The notes: generated from the sequence alone by a model not told the origin. Positions 55,519 to 63,577 are shown, counted from the stretch's first letter. The stretch is DNA of 64,000 nucleotides from a virus (IMGVR_UViG_3300020472_000017:248-64247); one strand, 5' to 3'. Program-made: numbers and translations.

Positions 55519-56103
55519 TCACATTCTACCTCTTCCCTCCCTCCATATATCAAAAATCAGTGAATATCTAACGTTTTCACCCTGATTTTCTACCTTATGC
55601 AGCGCGGAAGACTTAAAAACTAGGAGCTTACCCTCCGCAAGGGGTCTAGACTCATTCTCTACAGATAGTATAGAGATTGTGTCACTCAATGGTAGGTTAC
55701 AACGATATCTTACTGTTGTCTTACCTGGATCAGGATCAAAATGCCATCCTAACTCACTCTTACCTGCTAATCTTACTATCCCTACGTATACTGTCTCTCC
55801 TAACCAATACATTGTCTTCATTAACCTAGGCAATACCTTTCTATTGTTAGGGTATGGCATATGATTAACAAATAATGGTGCTACACTCCACTTAGCATTT
55901 GTATCTGCTATAGGTGCACTCATGTATGCATTACAATCTATCTCATGTCCCTTTCCTTCCTCTGCTAGGGTCTTACGTTGATAGTCTGTAAAGTCTTTAA
56001 ATTCTAGTTGATTGTAGTATTGGTCAAACTCTTCCTTTAATGTAGGATATACTAATTGTATTCCTTTAAGGCGATTGTTTATTTGTTCAGGCTTGAGAAA
56101 CAT
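55519..56103 (-). CDS. Aspartyl/asparaginyl beta-hydroxylase-family 2OG-Fe(II) oxygenase, 194 aa
   Basis: LGWHFD (HxD)...RCNLPL...EGKLLVF...LHKVEN...RYSLIFD facial-triad motif. Confidence 0.8.
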   Translation of the reverse strand: MFLKPEQINNRLKGIQLVYPTLKEEFDQYYNQLEFKDFTDYQRKTLAEEGKGHEIDCNAYMSAPIADTNAKWSVAPLFVNHMPYPNNRKVLPRLMKTMYWLGETVYVGIVRLAGKSELGWHFDPDPGKTTVRYRCNLPLSDTISILSVENESRPLAEGKLLVFKSSALHKVENQGENVRYSLIFDIWREGRGRM

Positions 56104-56246
56104 TCTTCTGGCGTTCTCGTATCATCATTCTCTGCCCATATAGTACACACATTGTATACTTGGTTCTGGGCTTTGGATAAGTGAGAATGCAGTGCTGTTA
56201 GACACTGCCTCCTCCTCTCCAATATATGTTCGTTTAATTCTTTCAT
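56079..56246 (-). CDS. Small hypothetical protein, 55 aa (not in ORF track)
   Basis: MKELNEHILERRRQCLTALHSH...; ATGA-type overlap with the upstream gene. Confidence 0.6.
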   Translation of the reverse strand: MKELNEHILERRRQCLTALHSHLSKAQNQVYNVCTIWAENDDTRTPEECFSSLNK

Positions 56247-56470
56247 CTACTACGGGCTTTCACTCCTTTACCTAGTACATTCTTAGATGTTGTACCATAT
56301 TGTGAATAGAGTTTGGCATCGTTAATAGCCTGATCTTCGCTCCTGAATGGACCATAAGATTGAGGTACAGTTGAGTAATGCCAATATACGCCTTTACGCT
56401 TCTGATTCAGTTCAACTAATATATCCTGGTTAAGGACATTGAACTGGACTTTCTTAGGGGACTTAGCCAT
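56243..56470 (-). CDS. Hypothetical protein, 75 aa
   Basis: ORF track; YGPFRSEDQA motif; coupled. Confidence 0.6.
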   Translation of the reverse strand: MAKSPKKVQFNVLNQDILVELNQKRKGVYWHYSTVPQSYGPFRSEDQAINDAKLYSQYGTTSKNVLGKGVKARSR

Positions 56471-56675
56471 TTGATTGGTCCTTAGGACGAGGTTGGATTT
56501 CTGCCCAATAGTCAGGATAGACTAGGACATTAACTTGAGCATAGCCATGGAGTGTTCCCTCCTTTGGCCATTGATGCGTACACACAGTAACGTATGCACC
56601 ATCGACAAAACTGATGAAGCCTTCATGCCCATCATAGTATACAGGATCACCGACACTAAATGGACACTTCATCAC
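56463..56675 (-). CDS. Hypothetical SH3-like beta protein, 70 aa
   Basis: FSVGDPVYYDGHEGFISFV pattern. Confidence 0.6.
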   Translation of the reverse strand: MMKCPFSVGDPVYYDGHEGFISFVDGAYVTVCTHQWPKEGTLHGYAQVNVLVYPDYWAEIQPRPKDQSNG

Positions 56676-56860
56676 CCATTACCAAAACCATTACCACTAT
56701 TTAACTCTCGTCTCTGTTGATACATTTCACGTAATGATCGTTTCATGTATCGTATCTCCTCATCCTTAAACAGGAATGGATCAGCATCACTCGCTTTTAA
56801 TGTGCGCTTGAGCTGTGAGATACGTTTGGACAGAATACTGGAGTCAAGAATAGTGGACAT
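56672..56860 (-). CDS. Hypothetical helical protein, 62 aa
   Basis: ORF track; coupled. Confidence 0.65.
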   Translation of the reverse strand: MSTILDSSILSKRISQLKRTLKASDADPFLFKDEEIRYMKRSLREMYQQRRELNSGNGFGNG

Positions 56861-56883
56861 GGCTTCAATGTGCGGTTATATGT

Positions 56884-56988
56884 TTATAGGGCTGTCTCTA
56901 CCTCTTCTGCAATATGATCTAGAACTTCAAGGATCTCAGTACCGTTGTTGGTCTGGTCAAGAAGGAATACTGCAAATTCGTTTGACAT
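56884..56988 (-). CDS. Acidic micro-protein, 34 aa (not in ORF track)
   Basis: MSNEFAVFLLDQTNNGTEILEVLDHIAEEVETAL. Confidence 0.55.
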   Translation of the reverse strand: MSNEFAVFLLDQTNNGTEILEVLDHIAEEVETAL

Positions 56989-57104
56989 GATGAAAATAAA
57001 ACAGGGTTTACAAAAAATGGACGGAGATACATATTCTCCTTACTGGAGACCCATTGTATCATCGGGGGGACTTATTGACGTTGCCCTTGCCGCCCATACA
57101 CATA

Positions 57105-57401
57105 TTATAACTTGTCTAGGTCGCCTCCGACACGTTCAGTGGACTGTTTGTTGGCTGTCACACTGTCTTTCTGCATCTGTCTCAAATTGTTAAATGTTTT
57201 GACAGACCAGTCGTATGAGGTCTTGGCTAATGGTACAATGACATCCTTGGTAAATTCATCCCATTCAAACAGGTGAATTTGCCAACGTACCTTGGCATCG
57301 TCAATATATTCACCAAGACTGATGTTGGTCTCGTCTGGACGATCAGTTGGTGGCTTGTAAATGCTACCCTTGATCTTTCGCTGGTGTTCTTCTGTACTCA
57401 T
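57105..57401 (-). CDS. Hypothetical protein, 98 aa
   Basis: ORF track; promoter TTGCAA-N16-TATAAT at 57431-57458. Confidence 0.65.
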   Translation of the reverse strand: MSTEEHQRKIKGSIYKPPTDRPDETNISLGEYIDDAKVRWQIHLFEWDEFTKDVIVPLAKTSYDWSVKTFNNLRQMQKDSVTANKQSTERVGGDLDKL

Positions 57402-57431
57402 GGATCTATAAGGTCGTTACCAATATGTATA

Positions 57432-58013
57432 TTATAGCACACCTAGTTTCTTTTGCAACACTGGACCTATCCTATTGCGTAAGAATGTGAAATATTCCTC
57501 ACATGTGAACTGTGCATCCACCACGTTGAGGATATCGTTCACTCCATACACATTAACACCCTTGTTATTGTACTTCTTAAGGATGCTCTTGGGTATGTCT
57601 GCCTTGACTGGACAGAAGTATCCACTCTCGACTGCAACAGCTAGTGTATCAGATATATCATTGATCTTTTGGTTAGATGCCTTGATCTTCTCACTATCGA
57701 AATCTAGGTTGCATTTACATTCAAGGTAATAGGTCAACTCCTCAACCTTGAACAAATGATCTAACTGTCGTTCATGTGATCCTACAATCAGCATGTTATC
57801 CTCCTCTATGAGGTTCTCAGCTGTGTTGCTATCACTGATGACAGTATTCCAGAACTCCTCAATCTTATTACCAAAGGAGATCCATACAGATGGATGTGAT
57901 CGCACTTCTCCTAATCCACATGCCTCTAGGACGAATGAACTGGTGGTCTTAGGCTCGATACTCTCAATTAATGGGAGTAGGTGCTCTTCGAGGTAGGATG
58001 GTCGTAATTTCAT
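57432..58013 (-). CDS. PD-(D/E)xK restriction-endonuclease-like protein, 193 aa
   Basis: RQLDHLFKVEELTYYLECKCN gives D-x11-E-x-K, preceded by SFGNKIEEFW; directly downstream of the Dam-family methylase. Confidence 0.6.
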   Translation of the reverse strand: MKLRPSYLEEHLLPLIESIEPKTTSSFVLEACGLGEVRSHPSVWISFGNKIEEFWNTVISDSNTAENLIEEDNMLIVGSHERQLDHLFKVEELTYYLECKCNLDFDSEKIKASNQKINDISDTLAVAVESGYFCPVKADIPKSILKKYNNKGVNVYGVNDILNVVDAQFTCEEYFTFLRNRIGPVLQKKLGVL

Positions 58014-58025
58014 GCTCCTATTATA

Positions 58026-58871
58026 TCAGGTACATACTTCTAACAAGCCAGGATTGGCCAGTGCATGAAGTGTCATATCATTCTCGTAATTGGTCACGTA
58101 CATGTGCGATACTGATGCATTGGCATGGTTCTTACCCTTGCCCCATCGTTGTGAGTATCCAAAGTCTTTGTATATGATATGATAGTCCTTGAGCTCACGC
58201 TTATAGAAATCATCTTCAGTATGTACGAAGAGCCATGGTGCAGTTGTTTCCTTCATGGCAGCAACCAAACGTTCATGTAGATCCTCACCACCGTCACCAG
58301 TAGTATATCCTGCTCGTGCACGATAAGGTGGATCAATGAATATCCAGTCATTATTACTGGCAGCAACAAATGCCTGGTAGAAATCACCTGATGTGATCTC
58401 AGCATTCTGTAAGAACTGCATGTGCTCCCAATTGAGATTACAAGAGAACTTCTTGTAGTGTCCAAAGGGAACATTAAACTGTCCCTTACTATTGTAACGT
58501 TCCATGCCACTAAAGCACAACTGTCTTACAATAATATAACTGACTGCCCATTTGTATGGGTCACGTTCATCACCATTGATATAATCACGAGCTTCATAGT
58601 ATTTGTCGCTCAATGCGTCATGATCTAGGGTCTTACAGTGACATACCTCCGAAAAGACCTCTTGAAACTCTATTTTATCTTTAATTTGATTGTATGCGTT
58701 GATCAATCCATCGTTCACGTCATTTAAAATGCATGGTTTTTGCAGGTTAAATGACACAGCAGCACCACCACAGAAGGGTTCAACCACTTTGTCGAACTCA
58801 TCAGGTAGTAACTGCTTGATAATGGGTAGCTCTTTGGTCTTGCCACCTTGATACTTAACAAATGGCTTCAT
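58026..58871 (-). CDS. dam: DNA adenine methyltransferase, D12/Dam family, 281 aa
   Basis: KYQGGK, VEPFCGGAAV (motif I), ILNDVN, FIDPPY (motif IV); start set at MKPFVKY. Confidence 0.85.
   Translation of the reverse strand: MKPFVKYQGGKTKELPIIKQLLPDEFDKVVEPFCGGAAVSFNLQKPCILNDVNDGLINAYNQIKDKIEFQEVFSEVCHCKTLDHDALSDKYYEARDYINGDERDPYKWAVSYIIVRQLCFSGMERYNSKGQFNVPFGHYKKFSCNLNWEHMQFLQNAEITSGDFYQAFVAASNNDWIFIDPPYRARAGYTTGDGGEDLHERLVAAMKETTAPWLFVHTEDDFYKRELKDYHIIYKDFGYSQRWGKGKNHANASVSHMYVTNYENDMTLHALANPGLLEVCT
58055..58076. promoter_or_regulatory. Dyad motif copy 9: TGGCCAGTG-catg-AAGTGTCAT
   Basis: Inside the 3' end of dam; 29 nt from TATAAT (58020-58025) in front of the nuclease. Confidence 0.6.
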
Positions 58872-59044
58872 GTATTCAAAACATAGATCAATCGAATGAC
58901 CATACATGTGAAGAACACATAGTATGTCCACATGATCCACATACCCACCTTATTATGGAGTGAACCACGTTTGTATGGATGAACAACACCAGGTGCACTG
59001 TCCCATCCATCTTGCATGTATTCTTTAGGATCTATTCTTGCCAC
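58868..59044 (-). CDS. Small membrane protein, 58 aa (not in ORF track)
   Basis: GTG start; ARIDPKEYMQDGW...HNKVGMWIMWTYYVFFTCMVIRLIYVLNT; ATGA overlap with dam. Confidence 0.65.
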   Translation of the reverse strand: MARIDPKEYMQDGWDSAPGVVHPYKRGSLHNKVGMWIMWTYYVFFTCMVIRLIYVLNT

Positions 59045-59249
59045 GATGATTAGTAATGTAATTACGTGCAGACTGTTCGTTCCTGCACTCTTTGATTATA
59101 GCACCATCATGGATAATACACAACTTCGTGTTACTACCCATTACAGGTACAGCATAGTATCCATCGTTAGTGGCAAATCCTTCAGTACTATTCTTGTAGA
59201 ACCTGGCTATTGCCTTTAGTTCCTTCTCCGTTTCGTTCACAATGCTCAT
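59025..59249 (-). CDS. Hypothetical protein, 74 aa
   Basis: MSIVNETEKELK...GYYAVP...IIHDG; start uncertain. Confidence 0.6.
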   Translation of the reverse strand: MSIVNETEKELKAIARFYKNSTEGFATNDGYYAVPVMGSNTKLCIIHDGAIIKECRNEQSARNYITNHRGKNRS

Positions 59250-59478
59250 CCCAAGGGTGTTTGTAGTTTCTATCTGCAAGCTTATGAATAGTCAGGTGTA
59301 CATCGTCACCCCAACTGTTCATCCTCCGAATACCTCCGAAGGACATTTCTAAATCAGAATCGGTCCATCCTAGTTCATCTACCATTTCTTTTCTAATGTA
59401 GATGTGAAGTTCACCTTCGATAAACTTATAATCGAAGTACTTCTGGATGTCAGGATGGATACCAGGATTAACTGTCAT
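59188..59478 (-). CDS. Hypothetical protein, 96 aa
   Basis: ORF track. Confidence 0.55.
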   Translation of the reverse strand: MTVNPGIHPDIQKYFDYKFIEGELHIYIRKEMVDELGWTDSDLEMSFGGIRRMNSWGDDVHLTIHKLADRNYKHPWDEHCERNGEGTKGNSQVLQE

Positions 59479-59507
59479 AGTGTTTCAACTATTGTTCGCC
59501 GTCATAT

Positions 59508-59843
59508 TTAGAAGGGGCAAGAGGACATCTCTTCGTGGGTTAGTGTATCATCACCACCTGCTCCGAGGAAATCACCCTTACGCTTGAAACCCCACTTGTC
59601 ATAGATGACAGGGAAATTCTCTGCTTTGTAACGTAATGCTTCAAAACTCTCCTGAGATAGTTCCCAAGCTAAGATCTTACGTACATTAGCAGCATTCCGA
59701 CACTGACGTGACTTAAAGCGATCTAGTTTCCAACGTCGCTCAGTCTCTGCAAATGTAGGTGGATATTGTTTGTATAATGCCTGTGCATTCACAGTATTAT
59801 ACTTAGCATTATCATAATGCTGGTAATAAAACTTGCGAGGCAT
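59508..59843 (-). CDS. Hypothetical basic protein, 111 aa
   Basis: ORF track; preceded by a promoter and a structured leader. Confidence 0.6.
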   Translation of the reverse strand: MPRKFYYQHYDNAKYNTVNAQALYKQYPPTFAETERRWKLDRFKSRQCRNAANVRKILAWELSQESFEALRYKAENFPVIYDKWGFKRKGDFLGAGGDDTLTHEEMSSCPF

Positions 59844-59934
59844 GGTGTCCTATCGAATGGATTGTATGGAAGAGGTTCGATTTAAAGACGATTAGTGAAC
59901 GTCACCCTTGCCTTCCATACATGTATTATACACC

Positions 59935-60447
59935 TTACTGATAGTAACCAGGCTCCCACTGTGCCTCTTTATCAACTGACACAAGGTTACCAGACACAAC
60001 AACCCTTTCATGTAAGCATGTATGTGGTGGCACATAGTGTGGTGCATCACCTCCGAACACATATAAATTGCCCACCTTAGGTCTTACAACCTGTAATGGT
60101 GGCATCCATGGGTGTTCAGGATCAGGAAATACTAATGGAGTACAATGTACACAGGTATCCAAATACCAGGCAAAACTATAATCAAAGCCAGGATGGCAAT
60201 GACATTGAGCAAAATCTCCTTGTCTATACGTACAGCCCCAGAGTTCTTTGACTTTGTGGTTTGGGTAGAGTGCATATAACTGTTGCAACAATTCTTCAAA
60301 CATAGGATGATCTTGGAGTTGCCACTCAGATACTGCTGCTTTAACAGAAGTACCCCAGTTCTGGGCATCACCAAGATCAACAATGTTATCTGCTATTTTA
60401 TGATGTGGCTTAACGTACCACTCCTCTAGTTTGAAGTTTCGTTGCAT
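59935..60447 (-). CDS. 2OG-Fe(II) oxygenase superfamily protein, 170 aa
   Basis: WGCTYRQGDFAQCHCH...SFAWYL...NLYVF...PHYVP...RVVVSGN pattern (HxH/D...H...R). Confidence 0.8.
   Translation of the reverse strand: MQRNFKLEEWYVKPHHKIADNIVDLGDAQNWGTSVKAAVSEWQLQDHPMFEELLQQLYALYPNHKVKELWGCTYRQGDFAQCHCHPGFDYSFAWYLDTCVHCTPLVFPDPEHPWMPPLQVVRPKVGNLYVFGGDAPHYVPPHTCLHERVVVSGNLVSVDKEAQWEPGYYQ
59961..59982. promoter_or_regulatory. Dyad motif copy 10: GTGCCTCTT-tatc-AACTGACAC
   Basis: Inside the oxygenase 3' end; 30 nt from TATAAT (59925-59930). Confidence 0.7.
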
Positions 60448-60905
60448 TTCTGGTACTCTCTATACTCTTTGTACAGTACTTTCTCTCTTGCATATGCTTC
60501 TATCTCCCATGGTTCATCCATGTAAGCAGTGTCCTTAGGTACAACATCACCCTTCCATTTGTTCTCAATGAATACCTTATCAGTATGACGATGAGCAAAT
60601 CTCTGAGTATGGTCACCACGTAGTCTCTGCTCAACATGAGTTAACTCATGGAATAATGTAGTAAGATACTGTTCTTTATTATCGAGACGGTTCTCCATCT
60701 CAATTTCAAAGTATCTAGGACGTGATAGTTGATCGATGGATAAACATGTACCATCATCCTCAGGCCACAACCTCCTGTCTATAATATGGAGATACGTGTT
60801 GAAGCGACTGAGTTTACGATGCTTGATGAACCAATCGATTGCAGTGCGGGTAATCCGTTTACGATTAGAGTACCCACCAAACGTGACATAACAAGACATG
60901 ACCAA
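60426..60905 (-). CDS. Zinc metallopeptidase-like protein (HExxH), 159 aa
   Basis: TLFHELTHVEQ...PWEIEAY zincin motif. Confidence 0.7.
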   Translation of the reverse strand: MVMSCYVTFGGYSNRKRITRTAIDWFIKHRKLSRFNTYLHIIDRRLWPEDDGTCLSIDQLSRPRYFEIEMENRLDNKEQYLTTLFHELTHVEQRLRGDHTQRFAHRHTDKVFIENKWKGDVVPKDTAYMDEPWEIEAYAREKVLYKEYREYQKCNETSN

Positions 60906-60973
60906 TGAAGAAAGTAAATGAACGAGGAAATAAAGACTAGCTTTTCGATGCCAGTCATGTTTTTAGCATTCAT
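60779..60973 (-). CDS. Small hydrophobic protein, 64 aa
   Basis: MNAKNMTGIEKLVFISSFIYFLHW...; 3' half overlaps the peptidase gene. Confidence 0.45.
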   Translation of the reverse strand: MNAKNMTGIEKLVFISSFIYFLHWSCLVMSRLVGTLIVNGLPALQSIGSSSIVNSVASTRISIL

Positions 60974-61146
60974 GCTGGTGAAGAAACCTCCCACTTATAC
61001 TTGGATGTTTCTCTCTTGCAATACATGCAGTATAAAGAACTCCATGCGAAGTGATACACTCTTGATGCTCCTTCACAATTAGGGCAGACTATCCATCTAC
61101 CATCCTTAGGTGCTCTGGTGTATCTGGTTACTTTAGGAAATCTCAT
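60970..61146 (-). CDS. Zinc-ribbon protein, 58 aa (not in ORF track)
   Basis: MRFPKVTRYTRAPKDGRWIVCPNC...VYHFAWSSLYCMYC; CxxC...CxxC; ATGA overlaps on both sides. Confidence 0.7.
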   Translation of the reverse strand: MRFPKVTRYTRAPKDGRWIVCPNCEGASRVYHFAWSSLYCMYCKRETSKYKWEVSSPA

Positions 61147-61376
61147 TCTTGAATCTGATCTAAACGTAACCCACGATAACCTGATGCTGGTGCATCAAGT
61201 TCGTCCAAAGCTCGACCTAGCTCTTTGGTAAGGTGCTTTTCAAGGTGTATGTCATCCACATTGTGTCTAACAGCAATACTGTTAGCTAAGGTTGGATCAG
61301 TAGACCACATTAGATCAATAATATATTTGATCTGTTGTGTGTCCAGTTCAACCATCGTTACTACGCTGTCCTCCAT
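61143..61376 (-). CDS. Hypothetical protein, ~77 aa
   Basis: Start moved downstream of TATAAT (61407-61412). Confidence 0.55.
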   Translation of the reverse strand: MEDSVVTMVELDTQQIKYIIDLMWSTDPTLANSIAVRHNVDDIHLEKHLTKELGRALDELDAPASGYRGLRLDQIQE

Positions 61377-61407
61377 TTCTGGTTGCTCTGTGATGATTAC
61401 TTCCATA

Positions 61408-62358
61408 TTATAAGGGCAATTGAGCAGGAATGGTGGAAATACGGTCAGTTTGTAAACTGGCATACTCCTTGTGCAATTCACACCCAAGGTATGATCTACT
61501 TAGTTTCTTGGCCACCATTGCAGTTGTGCCACTACCCATGAATGGATCTAATATTATATCACGCTCCTCCGAACCTGCCAATATGCAGGTCTCTATCAAA
61601 TCTGGTGGGTAGCAAGCGAAGTGTGCTCCTTTGTATGGTTTGTTCGTGACTGACCATACCGAACGTTTATTCTTCTTGGGATAAGACTTTGAGAGTCCCG
61701 AATGAGGAGATAGTCCAGTACCTTTATTGTGATATTTTCCATTAGTACGATCCCTGGTTCCCCAGTCTTTTGCTGGTTCTTTGATAGCTTCGTTATCATA
61801 ATAATACTTCTTGTTCTTACTTAAGAGGAAGATATACTCATGTGATTTAGTACATCTATCCTTCACACTCTCTGGCATAGGGTTAGGCTTATGCCATATT
61901 ATATCCTGCCTGAGATACCATCCATCAGCACGTAATGCAAATGCTAACATCCAAGGGATACCAATTAGATCCTTTTCTTTTAAACCTGGTAATATATTAC
62001 CACGACGAGGACATGCCTGAGGTAAATCTTGTGATGTATTACTAACTGTCTGCTGTACTAATGCTTGACCTTTACCTGGTCTATAGTTGTAATAACTATC
62101 ACCCATGTTCAACCATAGTGTACCATCTTCAGTTAATACATCACGTACCTTACTGAATACTTCCACCAAGTTATTAATATATTCTTCTGGTGTATCCTCC
62201 TTACCTATCTGTGCATCTTCACCACCATAATCACGGAGACCATAGTAAGGTGGAGATGTAACACACATTCGTGGTTGTTCTGCTATACCAACAGTAATCT
62301 CTGCACGTAAGGTACCAAGAGTTTCACGACAGTCACCAAATAGTACTGTATCTCTCAT
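61408..62358 (-). CDS. DNA methyltransferase, N4/N6 beta class (SPPY, probably N4-cytosine), 316 aa
   Basis: GDCRE...CVTSPPYYGLRDY...DIIWHKPN...LDPFMGSGTT; motif IV precedes motif I. Confidence 0.9.
   Translation of the reverse strand: MRDTVLFGDCRETLGTLRAEITVGIAEQPRMCVTSPPYYGLRDYGGEDAQIGKEDTPEEYINNLVEVFSKVRDVLTEDGTLWLNMGDSYYNYRPGKGQALVQQTVSNTSQDLPQACPRRGNILPGLKEKDLIGIPWMLAFALRADGWYLRQDIIWHKPNPMPESVKDRCTKSHEYIFLLSKNKKYYYDNEAIKEPAKDWGTRDRTNGKYHNKGTGLSPHSGLSKSYPKKNKRSVWSVTNKPYKGAHFACYPPDLIETCILAGSEERDIILDPFMGSGTTAMVAKKLSRSYLGCELHKEYASLQTDRISTIPAQLPL
61443..61463. promoter_or_regulatory. Dyad motif copy 11: GGTCAGTT-tgta-AACTGGCAT
   Basis: Inside the methylase 3' end; about 29-30 nt from the minus-strand TATAAT. 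Confidence 0.7.
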
Positions 62359-63116
62359 ACAAATCGCCTGAGTTGTTTAAGTATGTACTTATATGCTGTT
62401 ACTATATCACCTTCATCTTTACGAAATAGATCCTTATCAAATCGTTCTCTTGATCCTTTCTTCCACAATCTCATATTGTCTGGGCTGAGTTCGTCAGCAA
62501 GGAAGAGATCACCATGAGCATCGTAACCAAATTCAAGCTTAAAATCAACGAGATCAATACCACATAGAGTGAAGACAGTTTGAAGGACATTGTTTATTAC
62601 CAGTGTTTGTTCAATTAAGGGCTTAGTGTCAACCCCCATAAGCCTAACGCGATCAGGAGTGAGTAAAGGATCATTCTTACTATCATCTTTGAGGAAAAAT
62701 TCTACAATTGGCGGGTTGAATAGCGTGCCTTCCGATAATGTAGTAGTTTTAACCACACTACCAGCAGCTATATTCCTGCATATTACTTCCACTGGTAAGA
62801 TTGTCAACTTCTTACATAACATCCTAGTCAGTGAAGGTGCGTCAATGTAGTGTGACTTAATACCATTCTTAGCTAGCATCTCAAATAGAAGCGCAGATAT
62901 AAGACAACATGTTGCACCCTTGTCTTTTATGTAGTCCTCCTTTGCGCCATTTCCCGCAGTTACTCTATCATGAAACTCTATGAGTACCTTATCAGCCTCA
63001 CCTTCCAGATCATACACACTTTTTACCTTACCCTCCAATATTGGTGGGTGTGATACGATCATCCTGTGTAGTTTATCAGGATTGTTGTTTGGATTTGCTT
63101 TGATTTCAGATTTCAT
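62355..63116 (-). CDS. purC: SAICAR synthetase (auxiliary metabolic gene); start 63116 or 63062
   Basis: EGKVKSVY...FHDRVTAGNG...PVEVICRNIAAGS...LVDFKLEFG...LADELSPDNMRLW...DKDLFR. Confidence 0.95.
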   Translation of the reverse strand: MKSEIKANPNNNPDKLHRMIVSHPPILEGKVKSVYDLEGEADKVLIEFHDRVTAGNGAKEDYIKDKGATCCLISALLFEMLAKNGIKSHYIDAPSLTRMLCKKLTILPVEVICRNIAAGSVVKTTTLSEGTLFNPPIVEFFLKDDSKNDPLLTPDRVRLMGVDTKPLIEQTLVINNVLQTVFTLCGIDLVDFKLEFGYDAHGDLFLADELSPDNMRLWKKGSRERFDKDLFRKDEGDIVTAYKYILKQLRRFV

Positions 63117-63178
63117 TGTATTAGGAATGAAGGTGTTCCATAAACTTGAGGGCACCTGTTTGTAATGATAGAATATAC

Positions 63179-63556
63179 TCACGACTTTCTGCGCGGCACT
63201 TGTATTTCCCATGAACCACCATGCAGAGTTACCATCTCAAACTCCTTCATTGCCTTCTCTCTTCTGTTTAATTCCGCTTCACGTCCTGGTTCAGGTGAAA
63301 TAGAACCATAAGCAGGGCGTGGATCATCACCATCAGGATTATCAATACCAGAAGCATCACAATAATCCCAGATAGCTTGATCTACCTGAGAATAAATGCT
63401 ATCTAATGTCATCCCAGTGCGTAAGTGATGCGCTATCTCATCGACCTGTTGTTCTGTAAGACAGTGATCAGGATGAAGAGCGTCACAAACAGGGATTCTT
63501 GCTTCGATAAGCTCATTGATGTTAATTCTAATTTCATAGTCTCTGTATACTGGCAT
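63179..63556 (-). CDS. Hypothetical acidic protein, 125 aa
   Basis: ORF track; starts 21 nt after the tRNA. Confidence 0.65.
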   Translation of the reverse strand: MPVYRDYEIRININELIEARIPVCDALHPDHCLTEQQVDEIAHHLRTGMTLDSIYSQVDQAIWDYCDASGIDNPDGDDPRPAYGSISPEPGREAELNRREKAMKEFEMVTLHGGSWEIQVPRRKS

Positions 63557-63577
63557 GGACTTTAATACTAATGTGAA

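Noticed and set aside
57121-57145. GACAC-gttc-AGTGGAC as a further dyad copy
   Set aside because: It lacks the inner TT/AA pairs and sits about 20 nt, not about 30 nt, from the -10 box.
59860-59905. Glutamine (downstream-peptide) riboswitch suggested by CGTTCAC
   Set aside because: Only the short 5' heptamer matches; the other conserved elements I recall are absent.
52146-61463. Palindromic repeats as a CRISPR array
   Set aside because: Copies are degenerate, irregularly spaced by 50-3000 nt, separated by genes and tied to promoters; no cas genes.
52650-63212. Long N-terminal extensions given by the ORF track (52820, 52685, 53190, 54104, 58940, 61487, 63212)
   Set aside because: They run through promoters, dyads or upstream genes, so downstream ATGs were preferred.
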